A stretch of 64,000 nt of DNA from a bacterium HR10. GTDB lineage: Bacteria > Acidobacteriota > Blastocatellia > HR10. Below, in pieces: positions 49,316 through 57,831 of the stretch. Within the stretch, counting starts at the first letter, position 1. Each line of letters begins with the position of its first letter. The translations under genes were made by a program, and so were the position numbers. Location of the stretch: the NCBI GenBank assembly GCA_002923315.1, contig BEHM01000014.1, forward strand, positions 5,296-69,295, written 5' to 3'. The notes beneath the pieces were generated by a model. That model saw only the letters and a program-made list of their open reading frames with translations, did not search any database and was not told where the DNA came from.

Positions 49316-49741
49316 TCACCTCCCGGGTGGTGGTGGTTCGATCAGACATTCGATGGCCAGGCAAATACTCATCTGAATCGGGCAGATGCCAAAGGAGCCT
49401 TGAGAATCCGGTGGGGATTCGCATACATCGGGGGTCACGTCCGTGATGAGCTCCTTTCTCCCCGACACGATAGCGAAGTCGAAGCATACCGTACACTCCC
49501 CTTCCGAATTGCAACACTGGAAGGAGTTATCTCAACAGTCAGAGTTACAGAGGAATTGTGCCATATTCGGCGGGAGAGGGGAAGAAGCGAGGACGCCCGC
49601 CGGCAATGGGACGTCACTTTGGCCGAGCCGGCTTCGCCCCTGGGGAGGAGCCGTGAGGGCCATCAGGATCGCGAGGCCCATCGCCAAGCGCATCGCCCTG
49701 CTCCTGAAGGCGCGGGCCGCATTCCATGCCATTCGGGCCAT
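49316..49741 (-). CDS. candidate secreted Cys-rich protein with one in-frame UGA at codon 70 (possible selenocysteine recoding). Otherwise a 69-aa protein ending at 49532.
   Basis: AGGAGG SD lies 7 nt before the ATG at 49741. Signal-like MARMAWNAARAFRSRAMRLAMGLAILMALTAPPQG. ...FLCNSDC-UGA-DNSFQCCNSEGECTVCFDF...ICPIQMSICLAIECLIEPPPPGR stays open in the same frame for 71 more codons. It stops 3 nt before the next gene's start. Confidence 0.35.
49498..49526 (-). other. RNA hairpin starting 6 nt downstream of the in-frame UGA (SECIS-like position)
   Basis: In the minus-strand RNA, CUCCUUCC (+6..+13) pairs with GGAAGGGG (+27..+34): 8 bp including one G-U. The G-U becomes an A-C mismatch on the other strand. 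No U-tract follows. Confidence 0.25.
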
Positions 49742-49775
49742 GGCCTGACCTCCTGGCTGGAGTTTTGCGGCCGAG

Positions 49776-49801
49776 ATTATACTGGTCTGTCTGTCTGTCA
49801 A
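49776..49801 (-). promoter_or_regulatory. consensus -35 (TTGACA) and -10 (TATAAT) hexamers separated by only 14 nt of GACA repeats
   Basis: The minus strand reads TTGACAGACAGACAGACCAGTATAAT. -35 at 49801-49796, -10 at 49781-49776. Located about 22 nt upstream of the SD of the Cys-rich ORF. Confidence 0.3.
49785..49799. repeat. tetranucleotide repeat (GTCT/GACA) about 3.75 units
   Basis: GTCTGTCTGTCTGTC on the plus strand. An extra near-copy, AGTCTGT, follows. Confidence 0.9.
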
Positions 49802-49899
49802 GTCTGTTTGGGATCGCCGGCGGGAAGGCGGGGGACTCCTCACGGGAAGAGACGGTGAGGTCTCGGAGGCCTTCAGACACCCTTATCAACGACGCTGCA

Positions 49900-49929
49900 T
49901 TGCCGATTCCTGCGATTGTGTGGTAAGCT
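49900..49929 (+). promoter_or_regulatory. promoter candidate for the SOD-family gene (TTGCCG-18 nt-TGgTAAGCT extended -10)
   Basis: TTGCCG at 49900-49905, TG at 49921-49922, TAAGCT at 49924-49929. GAAGGAGGA SD at 49961-49969. Confidence 0.35.
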
Positions 49930-49978
49930 CAAATTTTCACTCGACGCTCATATTCTCAATGAAGGAGGAAGTCTGGCG

Positions 49979-50560
49979 ATGACGTACACGGCGAAGAACT
50001 ACGAACATTTGTTGGGCATGGAAGGGTTCAGCGATCAGCTCTTGAGGAATCATTTCACCTTGTATCAGGGGTACGTGACCAACACGAACAAGTTGGCCGA
50101 AGCGCTCGCCGAGTTGGCGAAGGCCGGAAAGGCCGGGACGCCCGAATATGCGGAGTTGAAGCGGCGCTTCGGTTGGGAGTTCAACGGTATGCGGCTTCAT
50201 GAGCTCTATTTCGAGAATCTGACGCGGACGCCGAGACCGCTCGATCCCAACTCTCGCCTCGCTCGGCTCCTTCGCGAGCAGTATGGATCGGTCGACGCCT
50301 GGCGAGAGGATTTCAAAGCCAGCGGACTCATGCGCGGGATCGGATGGGTCGTGCTCTACCGCGATCCGGTCACGGATCGGCTCTGGAATACCTGGATCAA
50401 CGAACACGACCTCGGGCACCTGGCCGGATGCACGCCGCTGCTCATCATGGATGTCTTCGAGCACGCCTATATGCTCGATTATGGGTTGAAGAAAGCCGAC
50501 TACATTGAGGCTTTCTTCCGCCATCTCGATTGGGAGGTCGTCGCGGCTCGGCTGGGCTGA
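49979..50560 (+). CDS. Fe/Mn superoxide dismutase family protein (divergent)
   Basis: DVFEHAYMLDYG (canonical D-x-W-E-H-A-Y-Y region). His residues in RNHFTLYQGYV and FNGMRLHELYF sit at ligand-like positions. Confidence 0.7.
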   Translation: MTYTAKNYEHLLGMEGFSDQLLRNHFTLYQGYVTNTNKLAEALAELAKAGKAGTPEYAELKRRFGWEFNGMRLHELYFENLTRTPRPLDPNSRLARLLREQYGSVDAWREDFKASGLMRGIGWVVLYRDPVTDRLWNTWINEHDLGHLAGCTPLLIMDVFEHAYMLDYGLKKADYIEAFFRHLDWEVVAARLG

Positions 50561-50694
50561 GCGCGCGAGGGACGTTCGTTGAGGCCGCCGTCATCGAAGG
50601 GAGAGAATAGCCTGGAGCGCCGCGGCCACATCTGGATCGCGCGCTGAGGAGACCGCGGGGGCAGGAAGCCAGCGGCGCTCGAGCCGTGTGGCGT

Positions 50695-51450
50695 TCACGA
50701 GAGGGCAGCGCGGGCCATCTCCTCGGCCGGGATGTCGAAGTTCGCCGAGACGCGCTGCACGTCGTCGTGGTCTTCGAGCGCGTCCATGAGCTTGAGCATC
50801 AGCGCGGCGTCCTTCCCCTCCAGGCGGACATACGATTGGGGGATCATCGTGAGCTGGGCCGTGAGGGGATGAATCCCCGCTTGCTTGACTTTCTCCAGGA
50901 CGACGTCGAAGTCCTCCGGGGCGGTGATGATCTCGTAGTTCCCCTCTTCATCGACGCGCACGTCCTCAGCCCCCGCTTCGAGCGCGAGATCGAAGATCGC
51001 CTCCTCCGAGAGCGCGCCTTTCTCCACCGCGATGTATCCCTTCTTCTGGAACATCCAGGCGACGCATCCGCTCTCGCCCAGGTTCCCCCCATATCGGGAG
51101 AAGATATGCCGCAGCTCGGACACCGTCCGATTCCGATTGCTCGTGAGCGCCTCGACGAGGACGGCGACGCCTCCCGGACCGTAGCCCTCGTAGATCACCT
51201 CTTCGTATTGCTCTCCGGCGATCTTCCCCGTACCGCGATCAATAGCCCGCTGGATGGTCTCCTGCGGCATGTTGTTGGCCTTGGCCTCGGCGATCGCCTT
51301 CCGCAGGCGCGGGTTCGCCTCCGGATCTGCTCCGCCCAGTCGGGCCGCCACGCTGATCTCGCGGATCAGCTTGCTGAAGAGCTTCCCCCGCTTGGCATCC
51401 GCGGCAAGCTTCTTATGTTTGATCTGGTGCCATTTCGAATGTCCTGACAT
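50695..51450 (-). CDS. yebC: YebC/PmpR family DNA-binding transcriptional regulator
   Basis: [15 protein letters not shown]-terminus and typical family sequence throughout. Confidence 0.9.
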   Translation of the reverse strand: MSGHSKWHQIKHKKLAADAKRGKLFSKLIREISVAARLGGADPEANPRLRKAIAEAKANNMPQETIQRAIDRGTGKIAGEQYEEVIYEGYGPGGVAVLVEALTSNRNRTVSELRHIFSRYGGNLGESGCVAWMFQKKGYIAVEKGALSEEAIFDLALEAGAEDVRVDEEGNYEIITAPEDFDVVLEKVKQAGIHPLTAQLTMIPQSYVRLEGKDAALMLKLMDALEDHDDVQRVSANFDIPAEEMARAALS

Positions 51451-51512
51451 CAGTCCATCCCCTGGTTTGTGGTTCGCTTCGGACGAGCGATTCTCGTCGG
51501 GAAGCTAATATA

Positions 51513-51701
51513 TCATGGTTCGTCGCGCGGGTGCAAATGCTCCGTCTCGCTCGCCCGGAGCTTCTTCGGCGCGAACTTCCGATACAGTCCGTAAGCGACC
51601 AAAAACGAGATGAGGAAGATCAGCGAGGGTACGACGAATCCCCAGAAGAGGCTCACCGGACGTGTCGCTCCCTGAAGCAGCGCCCATTCACGCATGATCA
51701 T
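51513..51701 (-). CDS. small membrane protein (62 aa), hypothetical
   Basis: One TM helix LFWGFVVPSLIFLISFLVAYGLY. Overlaps the preceding small ORF by 14 nt. Confidence 0.35.
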   Translation of the reverse strand: MIMREWALLQGATRPVSLFWGFVVPSLIFLISFLVAYGLYRKFAPKKLRASETEHLHPRDEP

Positions 51702-51828
51702 CCTTCTTCTCCACCGATGATTGCTCCCGCCGCCGACGGCGATAGGCGAGGTAGGCGAAGAGCATGCCGAGGAATGAGGCCACGTAAGCGATGGAGAGGC
51801 CGATGAGCACAGAGAGCCCTTCGTTCAT
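51688..51828 (-). CDS. small membrane protein (46 aa), hypothetical. Not in the supplied ORF track.
   Basis: ATGA overlap with the stop of the SSS transporter. MNEGLSVLIGLSIAYVASFLGMLFAYLAYRRRRREQSSVEKKDDHA: one TM helix followed by a basic tail. Confidence 0.35.
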   Translation of the reverse strand: MNEGLSVLIGLSIAYVASFLGMLFAYLAYRRRRREQSSVEKKDDHA

Positions 51829-53705
51829 CGCGCATCCTCCCAGCGGATGATCCGATCCAACTGCTCCAAATACGCCTTCTGTTTCTTCTCGTATTCGGCC
51901 GAGACGGCCTTCAACTTCGGATCAATGATCCAGTGCATCACGGCCGTCAGGATGATGCCCGCGATGAGGATCAGCACGCCGCTCCACATCCGCAGGAGCG
52001 CGAGAGCGACGCCGAGCATCAGGGCCATATAGGCGAGCGGGGAGATGAGGATCGTGAGCCAATCCTCGCGCGTCCATTCGTCGGCTTCTTCGGCCGACCA
52101 TTGGCGCTTGAAGAGACTGTGGCGTGTCACCGCGCGCGGGGCGATCAGTCCCAGCCGTTCGGCTTCCGCGCGCACGGGGTCCCACCATCCGATGGGGCGC
52201 GCCATGACGTAGTAGCGCACCAACTGCCGCATGTCTTCCGGCGGGGTCAGATAGGTCACCGGGACATAGATCGCAGCGCCCAACCCCATGAGAATCCAGA
52301 ACTGCAGATAATCGGGCAGGGCGGGCAGTACACCGAAGGCCGGCAAGACCCAGACGACGAGCCAACTGAGCCCCAGGTTCGCGATCCACGCGATCAGATA
52401 CCCCCAGGCGTTGAATCGCCACCACACGACCTGCAGGATGTTGGGCAGCCAGACGCCGGCCGCCATGATCCAGAGGGCGAAGATGAGCCACTTCGTGATC
52501 TCCTCCATCATCAGCCCATAGAAGAACGAGCCGATGAGCACCAGTAGCGTCGAGATCCTTCCCACCCAAACCAGCTCCCGCTCAGAGGCGTGTGGCTTGA
52601 TGTAGTGGTGATAGAGATCGCGCGTCGCATACACGGCCCCCAGGTTCAGGTGTGAGGCGACCGTGGAGAGATGAATGGCGACGATGGCCGCCAGAAAGAA
52701 ACCCAGCAGGCCGGCGGGCAGCAGTTCCAGACCGAGCCGATACCATCCCAGCTCATACTGCGCGCGATCAGGGATATTCGGATAGAGGACGTAGAAACCC
52801 AGGATGGCGACAGCCCACACCGCATTCCGCGTGAGCACGAGCATCGTCCCCCACCAGATCGAGTATGCGGCATCGCGGACCGTTCGAGCCGATTGAATGC
52901 GTTGCGCCTCGACGTACCAATCAATGGCCGTGCCCATCCCGAATCCGCCGATGATCGCGATGACGAGCATCGTCACGAACCACGCGATGGGAAAATCGCC
53001 CGAGAACAGACCGGTGAAGGCGAACGGATTCGCCCGCCATCCCTCTCCCATGCTCTGAAGTTTCGAGATGATCCCCTGTGGCCCTCCGGCCTCAGCAACC
53101 CCCCACAGGGAGACGATCAGAATCGCGATGAAGGCGATCACTCCCTGTTGGAAGTCGGCCATGACGACCCCCCAGTATCCGGCGGCCAGGACGTAGACGG
53201 CGCAAACGGTCGAGAAGAGCACCAGTCCCACCCAGTCGGGCCATCCGAAGACCAGATGGCAGAGTTTCCCCATGGCGATGCCGACCCACCCGAGGATGAA
53301 CATGTTCATGAAGACCATCCAGCCAGCCATCCACCCGCGCAGCAGCTCGCTCCCCAATCCGCTGAACCGCAAGCTCTGCCACTCGGCCTGACTGTAGGCG
53401 AGCGAGCGACGGAAGATGCGCGCGCTGACGAACGCGCTGATCGCGCACCAAGCGGAGAAGAACGTGTACCACAACCCGCGCAGTCCGTGCTGGTAGACGA
53501 CGCCGGTGACCCACATGGGCGTATCCGTCGCCGTGTGCGTCGCATAGACGGAGGTGGCGGGCAACCACCAGGGAAGGCCACGCCCGGCCAGGAAGAAATC
53601 CGCCTCCGAGCGCTTGCCCAATCGGTAGAACAGGAGACCGCAGCCCACCATCAAGAGCAGGTAGAGGACAATCCACACCCAATCGAGCGTCGTCAGACGT
53701 ACCAT
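51825..53705 (-). CDS. sodium:solute symporter (SSS) family transporter
   Basis: 626 aa with 13 or more hydrophobic helices. N-terminal FFLAGRGLPWW motif typical of the SSS family. Confidence 0.8.
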   Translation of the reverse strand: MVRLTTLDWVWIVLYLLLMVGCGLLFYRLGKRSEADFFLAGRGLPWWLPATSVYATHTATDTPMWVTGVVYQHGLRGLWYTFFSAWCAISAFVSARIFRRSLAYSQAEWQSLRFSGLGSELLRGWMAGWMVFMNMFILGWVGIAMGKLCHLVFGWPDWVGLVLFSTVCAVYVLAAGYWGVVMADFQQGVIAFIAILIVSLWGVAEAGGPQGIISKLQSMGEGWRANPFAFTGLFSGDFPIAWFVTMLVIAIIGGFGMGTAIDWYVEAQRIQSARTVRDAAYSIWWGTMLVLTRNAVWAVAILGFYVLYPNIPDRAQYELGWYRLGLELLPAGLLGFFLAAIVAIHLSTVASHLNLGAVYATRDLYHHYIKPHASERELVWVGRISTLLVLIGSFFYGLMMEEITKWLIFALWIMAAGVWLPNILQVVWWRFNAWGYLIAWIANLGLSWLVVWVLPAFGVLPALPDYLQFWILMGLGAAIYVPVTYLTPPEDMRQLVRYYVMARPIGWWDPVRAEAERLGLIAPRAVTRHSLFKRQWSAEEADEWTREDWLTILISPLAYMALMLGVALALLRMWSGVLILIAGIILTAVMHWIIDPKLKAVSAEYEKKQKAYLEQLDRIIRWEDAR

Positions 53706-53892
53706 GGCGCCTCACCCCCCCCTTCGTTCCTTCTGAATTCACCGGCAATCCGCTGCACTCCTCACTGTCCTCCTCTTCCACGGCCCGAAAACTGGGGTCA
53801 CGATTATAGCACCTCGTCACGGGGGAAATGAAGGGGGCGTTGGTCACATGCCGGATTCACCCGTAAAATTGAATCTCGAAGGAGGTGGGCGG

Positions 53893-54414
53893 ATGCCTCG
53901 GGCCCGGACGCACGATGCGATCACGCTGGCGCTCGCGCCGCCGACGTTCCTGATGACGCGCGCACTCACAGGGAGCTACGATCTGGCCTGGCTCGTGACG
54001 TTGGCGACGCTCTTCTCCGGGCTCATGTTCAATCCGGATCTGGATGTCCAGAGCAAACCCTACGCGCGCTGGGGGCCATTGCGCTTTCTCTGGTGGCCAT
54101 ATCAGGTGCTCGTTCGCCATCGTTCGCGGCTCTCGCACGGACTCCTGCTCGGCACGCTGGTGCGCACCCTCTATCTGGCACTCGTGCTCGCGCTCATGGG
54201 CGCAGGCGGAATCCTGCTCTGGCACGGGATCCACGGGCGACCCGGATCGGGAGAGAGCATGCGCGCGGCGCTCGCCTTCCTGAAGCAGGCGCTCCTCTCC
54301 GTGGAGAGACGGTACTGGCTTGCGCTCTTTTTCGGCCTCTGGTGGGGATCGGCCGCGCACACGCTCGCCGATTGGGCGTGGAGCCTCTGGACGCAGACAA
54401 AGCGCATACTGTGA
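53893..54414 (+). CDS. DUF2227-like putative metal-binding membrane protein
   Basis: GGAGGTGGG SD. RTHDAITLAL..NPDLDVQSKPYARWGPLRFLWWPYQVLVRHRSRLSHGLLLGT resembles COG2389-type proteins. Confidence 0.5.
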   Translation: MPRARTHDAITLALAPPTFLMTRALTGSYDLAWLVTLATLFSGLMFNPDLDVQSKPYARWGPLRFLWWPYQVLVRHRSRLSHGLLLGTLVRTLYLALVLALMGAGGILLWHGIHGRPGSGESMRAALAFLKQALLSVERRYWLALFFGLWWGSAAHTLADWAWSLWTQTKRIL

Positions 54415-54543
54415 ACCGGATCGTCGTCTTCCCGCCACGCGCGGGTGGATTCGGCATCATCTGTCGGCCGCTCGCCGACGGTCGCGGACGCTGCCGTTCA
54501 TCCGGAGTTTGGCGGGCGGCCGACCCTCTCCCTCGCGAGCCGT

Positions 54544-57111
54544 TCAATCCAGAGTGAGCGCATAGATCGCCAGGCGTGACTCCGCATTGAGCAGCACGCC
54601 CGCGAAGACGGCGCGTCCGTCGGTCACAAGCAGTGGAGGGATGGGCGTCAGCAGCTCTCCCGCCGGCCCCTGTTGCCGCGCGGGGAGAAGCAGCCTGAGC
54701 CCGCCCTGTTCCCAGAGGTAGAGATTCGGCTCTCCCGACGCGAGGCTCAGGAACACGATCTTCCCCGTGGGAGCCAGGCTGTGAAAAGGCAGCAATTCGA
54801 TTGTCGAACCTTCGGGCGTCTGATCCCCATCGGCGACGACTTTCGCGAGCTGCCCTTCCGAGTAGGAGAAGATCGCGCGCACGTCGCCGCCGTCGGGCCG
54901 GCTCACCACGCCGATGAAGCTCACGAATCCTTGAGCGTTGATCTGCAGGGACGAGAAGACTTCGGGAGCGAATCCCCCGATCCGCAATTCCGAGCCCCGG
55001 CGGAATGTCCCCCCAATGGGGGTCGCGCTGCCACTTTCGGCGATCTTTTGAAAGGTGTAACCGGAACCGGTCTGTCGAGGCGTCGCGAGAATGACCGCTT
55101 CATCGCGCTCAGCGCGCACGGTGAGCGCGATCGTCCCATCATCGGCGAGGGCGACGTCCATAATGAAGATGGGGGGCGTGTTCCGAACGCGCGGGAGCGC
55201 ACTCACATCAATGAATGCTCCAGGATCCACGCTGTATCCCGTCTGCGTCGGTCGCGCCACCAGAAGCAGATGCCGCACGTTCGCCCCCGTATCGTCGGCC
55301 AGATTCGCGATGAAGGCGATCTGCCCTTGCTGATTCAGGCTGATGTCGAAAATATCCACCACCCGCTTGCTGAAGATGGGATCTCCGGAGGCGATGACCT
55401 TTTGGAATGTCCCGCCCCGGCGGACGAAGAGCGCAGATCCTGCTTCGATCTCCGCTTGAACGGCGATCGTCCCCGCATCGTTGATCGCCGCTTCGGTGAC
55501 GGAGCGCACTTTCAATCCTTCGATCACCTGACCCTGATGCATCACCAGTTCGATCGCCCCGTCCCGAATGCGAAAGAGATTCCGTCCCCCACTCACGTTC
55601 CCGATGAAGAGCAGATCGCCGCTGCGGTTGGCGATGAGACTCGAGAAACCGAGGAAGGGGCTATCTGGAGGAGCCGATCGGACAGGGTCCAGGAGCGTCT
55701 CCGACGACGCCGATCCCGTGTGCAGCCGGAGCGAGATGTTCAAGCCGAAAGCAGGCTTGTCAAAGGGGCCGGTTGGGTCTCCGAAGTTCTCATTCAGGGC
55801 AACGGCGATGTGATCGTACACGGCATGACCCTGACGATTGATGGCATAGGGCGGCAGATTCTCCGTTTGCGTCGCTCCGGGGAACTCCTGCGCCTGCCGC
55901 TGATTCCCCGCGAAGCGGAGAATCCCGCCCCCGAGGATGACGCGCGAGGCAGCGCCGCAGTAGATCACCCCCCCCTCGCCAAAGGTGGGCGCGCTGAGAA
56001 ATTGCACGCTGAATCCGCCAACGTTCTGTCCCGTGCGGACGATCTCTTGAAGGCTCCCTCCGGCGTGGCGATAAAGCGCCAGCGTCGGATTTTGTTGATT
56101 CGGCCGACGGAACGCGGCGATGAACACCAGATCGCCACCGGGCGCGAGCGAGCTCGGCGAGACCAGAAACGGAAAGGCCGGGAAGATCGTGTTGACGGGC
56201 GGGACGATGTCCACGAACGTCGCGCCCGAGACGTTCGGCACCGAATCCCCGATTTTCACCACGCGGATCATCGAGGTGTCGGTCTTCACATAGAGCGCCC
56301 GTTCCGCTTGATCCAGGAAGGCGATCGCGTCTCCCTGTGGGCTCACGGCCTGAAGGAGGGGCATCGTGATCGTCCCTCCCGCACTGCCGGAATCACCCGT
56401 CCGCACGAGCGGTTCGAGCGTTCCTCCTGCGAGGCGGAAGATCGCCCCCTGCTGGGTTCCCACCAAGGCAGTGAAATACGCGCGACCGTCGTTGGTCAAT
56501 CGCGGGTTTGAGAAGCCGAGGATCGTCCCGATCGGAGTCGCCGCTCCCGTCATGAGCAGCGTTCGAATCCCGTTCCCATCGGCCAGGAAGAGTCCGGCCC
56601 TCGCCGTCCCATCCTCCGATGGGGGACCTGAGGTCTCCGCAGTGAAGAGGATCTGCCGAGAATCATTGAGGGAGAATTCCAGAAGACGCGTGACGACTTC
56701 CCCCTCCGGCGTGCGATCGCCGATTTGAACGATTCGTCGCATGGTGCCCGTCGCCGCCTCCCGAAGGAAGAGCGCGCCGCGCAATGTGCCCGTTTCTTCC
56801 GCGACAGTGAAGGCGACGTCCCGCGCTGCATTGATCTGGTGATCGCGCAGGACCGGGCCGACCCATTTCGCGCGATAGATGACGCGAACGCCAGAAAACG
56901 CACCCTGCCGGATGTCGAGGCCGTTGTTGTTCATCACGCTCGCGCGGTATTCGTAGGGCGCCGGTGGGGGAAGCTCGCCCGTCCCCACGAGACGTTGCAA
57001 AGGCTGCTGCGCGAACCGGGGAGCGGAGAGAAGTCCCAGGGAGAGAAGAATGATCCCGATTCGCCGCCCGAGGCCAATAGAGGGGAACGATGCTCTGCGA
57101 GACTGTCGCAT
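54544..57111 (-). CDS. large secreted repeat protein, NxxGxxAF-type (choice-of-anchor tandem repeat-like)
   Basis: GGAGGAGGG SD plus ATG at 57111. Signal peptide. Repeated motifs NDGRAYFTA, NQQGQIAFIA, NDAGTIAVQA, DDGTIALTV, NAQGFVSFIG, TDGRAVFAG. The ORF part upstream of 57111 overlaps the coxG-like gene and is Arg/Ser-rich. Confidence 0.6.
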   Translation of the reverse strand: MRQSRRASFPSIGLGRRIGIILLSLGLLSAPRFAQQPLQRLVGTGELPPPAPYEYRASVMNNNGLDIRQGAFSGVRVIYRAKWVGPVLRDHQINAARDVAFTVAEETGTLRGALFLREAATGTMRRIVQIGDRTPEGEVVTRLLEFSLNDSRQILFTAETSGPPSEDGTARAGLFLADGNGIRTLLMTGAATPIGTILGFSNPRLTNDGRAYFTALVGTQQGAIFRLAGGTLEPLVRTGDSGSAGGTITMPLLQAVSPQGDAIAFLDQAERALYVKTDTSMIRVVKIGDSVPNVSGATFVDIVPPVNTIFPAFPFLVSPSSLAPGGDLVFIAAFRRPNQQNPTLALYRHAGGSLQEIVRTGQNVGGFSVQFLSAPTFGEGGVIYCGAASRVILGGGILRFAGNQRQAQEFPGATQTENLPPYAINRQGHAVYDHIAVALNENFGDPTGPFDKPAFGLNISLRLHTGSASSETLLDPVRSAPPDSPFLGFSSLIANRSGDLLFIGNVSGGRNLFRIRDGAIELVMHQGQVIEGLKVRSVTEAAINDAGTIAVQAEIEAGSALFVRRGGTFQKVIASGDPIFSKRVVDIFDISLNQQGQIAFIANLADDTGANVRHLLLVARPTQTGYSVDPGAFIDVSALPRVRNTPPIFIMDVALADDGTIALTVRAERDEAVILATPRQTGSGYTFQKIAESGSATPIGGTFRRGSELRIGGFAPEVFSSLQINAQGFVSFIGVVSRPDGGDVRAIFSYSEGQLAKVVADGDQTPEGSTIELLPFHSLAPTGKIVFLSLASGEPNLYLWEQGGLRLLLPARQQGPAGELLTPIPPLLVTDGRAVFAGVLLNAESRLAIYALTLD

Positions 57112-57262
57112 ATCGTGCCCTCCTCCGCGAAAAGCATTGACCGGGGATTCGCATGTCCCCCGGTGCCAAGCGCGCACTATACTGAGAGCGGCGCGCGCTG
57201 TCAACTCATGCTCACGTGATGCTCGGGCATGGGGGGAGCAGGTGATTTCACGGCGGCGCCCT

Positions 57263-57811
57263 TCAACCTCGTCGGAAGAGCCCTCGAATCCAATTCCACA
57301 CGTATCGCAGGAAGGTGCGGAGGATTCCATGCCGGGGGGGCGCCACGGGTGTCCCCGTCGCCTCCGCCTTCTGGAGCGCTTCGAGCTCCGCTTCCAGCGC
57401 CGTGAAGAACTGTCCGGCGAGCATACGGGCCGTCCCCTGCAACATGCGCTGTCCCACACTGGCGATCGGACCGCCAACCTGCACATCCCCAGAGTAGTGG
57501 ACGATCGTCTCCGCATCTCGTTCTTCCAGGATGATCGCTCCTGTCCCCTTGGCGAAGCCCTGCGCTCCTCTCCCTTCAAAGGCGATCCCGTAGCGAGTCG
57601 GGGGCACCAGGTCTTTCAGCTCGAATGTCCCCGTATACGTCCCTCGAATGGAGGCGATCCCGACCTGAAGCGTGGCCTTGTAGGTGTTCTCGCCCTGAGG
57701 GTCCAGCTGTTGGCATCCGGGCAGACATCGAGCGACCACCTGCGGATCCGTCAGCAAGCGCCAGATGACTTCTCGTCGAGCCTTGAGTGTGTGCGTTCCC
57801 TCGATCTTCAT
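57263..57811 (-). CDS. SRPBCC family protein, CoxG-like
   Basis: MKIEGTHTLKARREVIWRLLTDPQVVARCLPGCQQL..YKATLQVGIASIRGTYTGTFEL, a typical CoxG N-terminus. Confidence 0.75.
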   Translation of the reverse strand: MKIEGTHTLKARREVIWRLLTDPQVVARCLPGCQQLDPQGENTYKATLQVGIASIRGTYTGTFELKDLVPPTRYGIAFEGRGAQGFAKGTGAIILEERDAETIVHYSGDVQVGGPIASVGQRMLQGTARMLAGQFFTALEAELEALQKAEATGTPVAPPRHGILRTFLRYVWNWIRGLFRRG

Positions 57812-57831
57812 CTTGTCCTCCCTTGCGCCGT

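Noticed and set aside
49321-49345. GGTTCGATC, resembling a tRNA T-loop, which might indicate a tRNA or tmRNA gene in the 660-bp gap.
   Set aside because: No acceptor, D or anticodon arms can be built around it. It lies inside the PPPP-coding end of the Cys-rich reading frame.
50561-50694. Long-range inverted GCGCGCGA...TCGCGCGC between the convergent SOD-family gene and yebC, as a terminator.
   Set aside because: The arms are about 70 nt apart, simple GC-rich octamers are frequent in this genome, and there is no U-tract. The support is insufficient.
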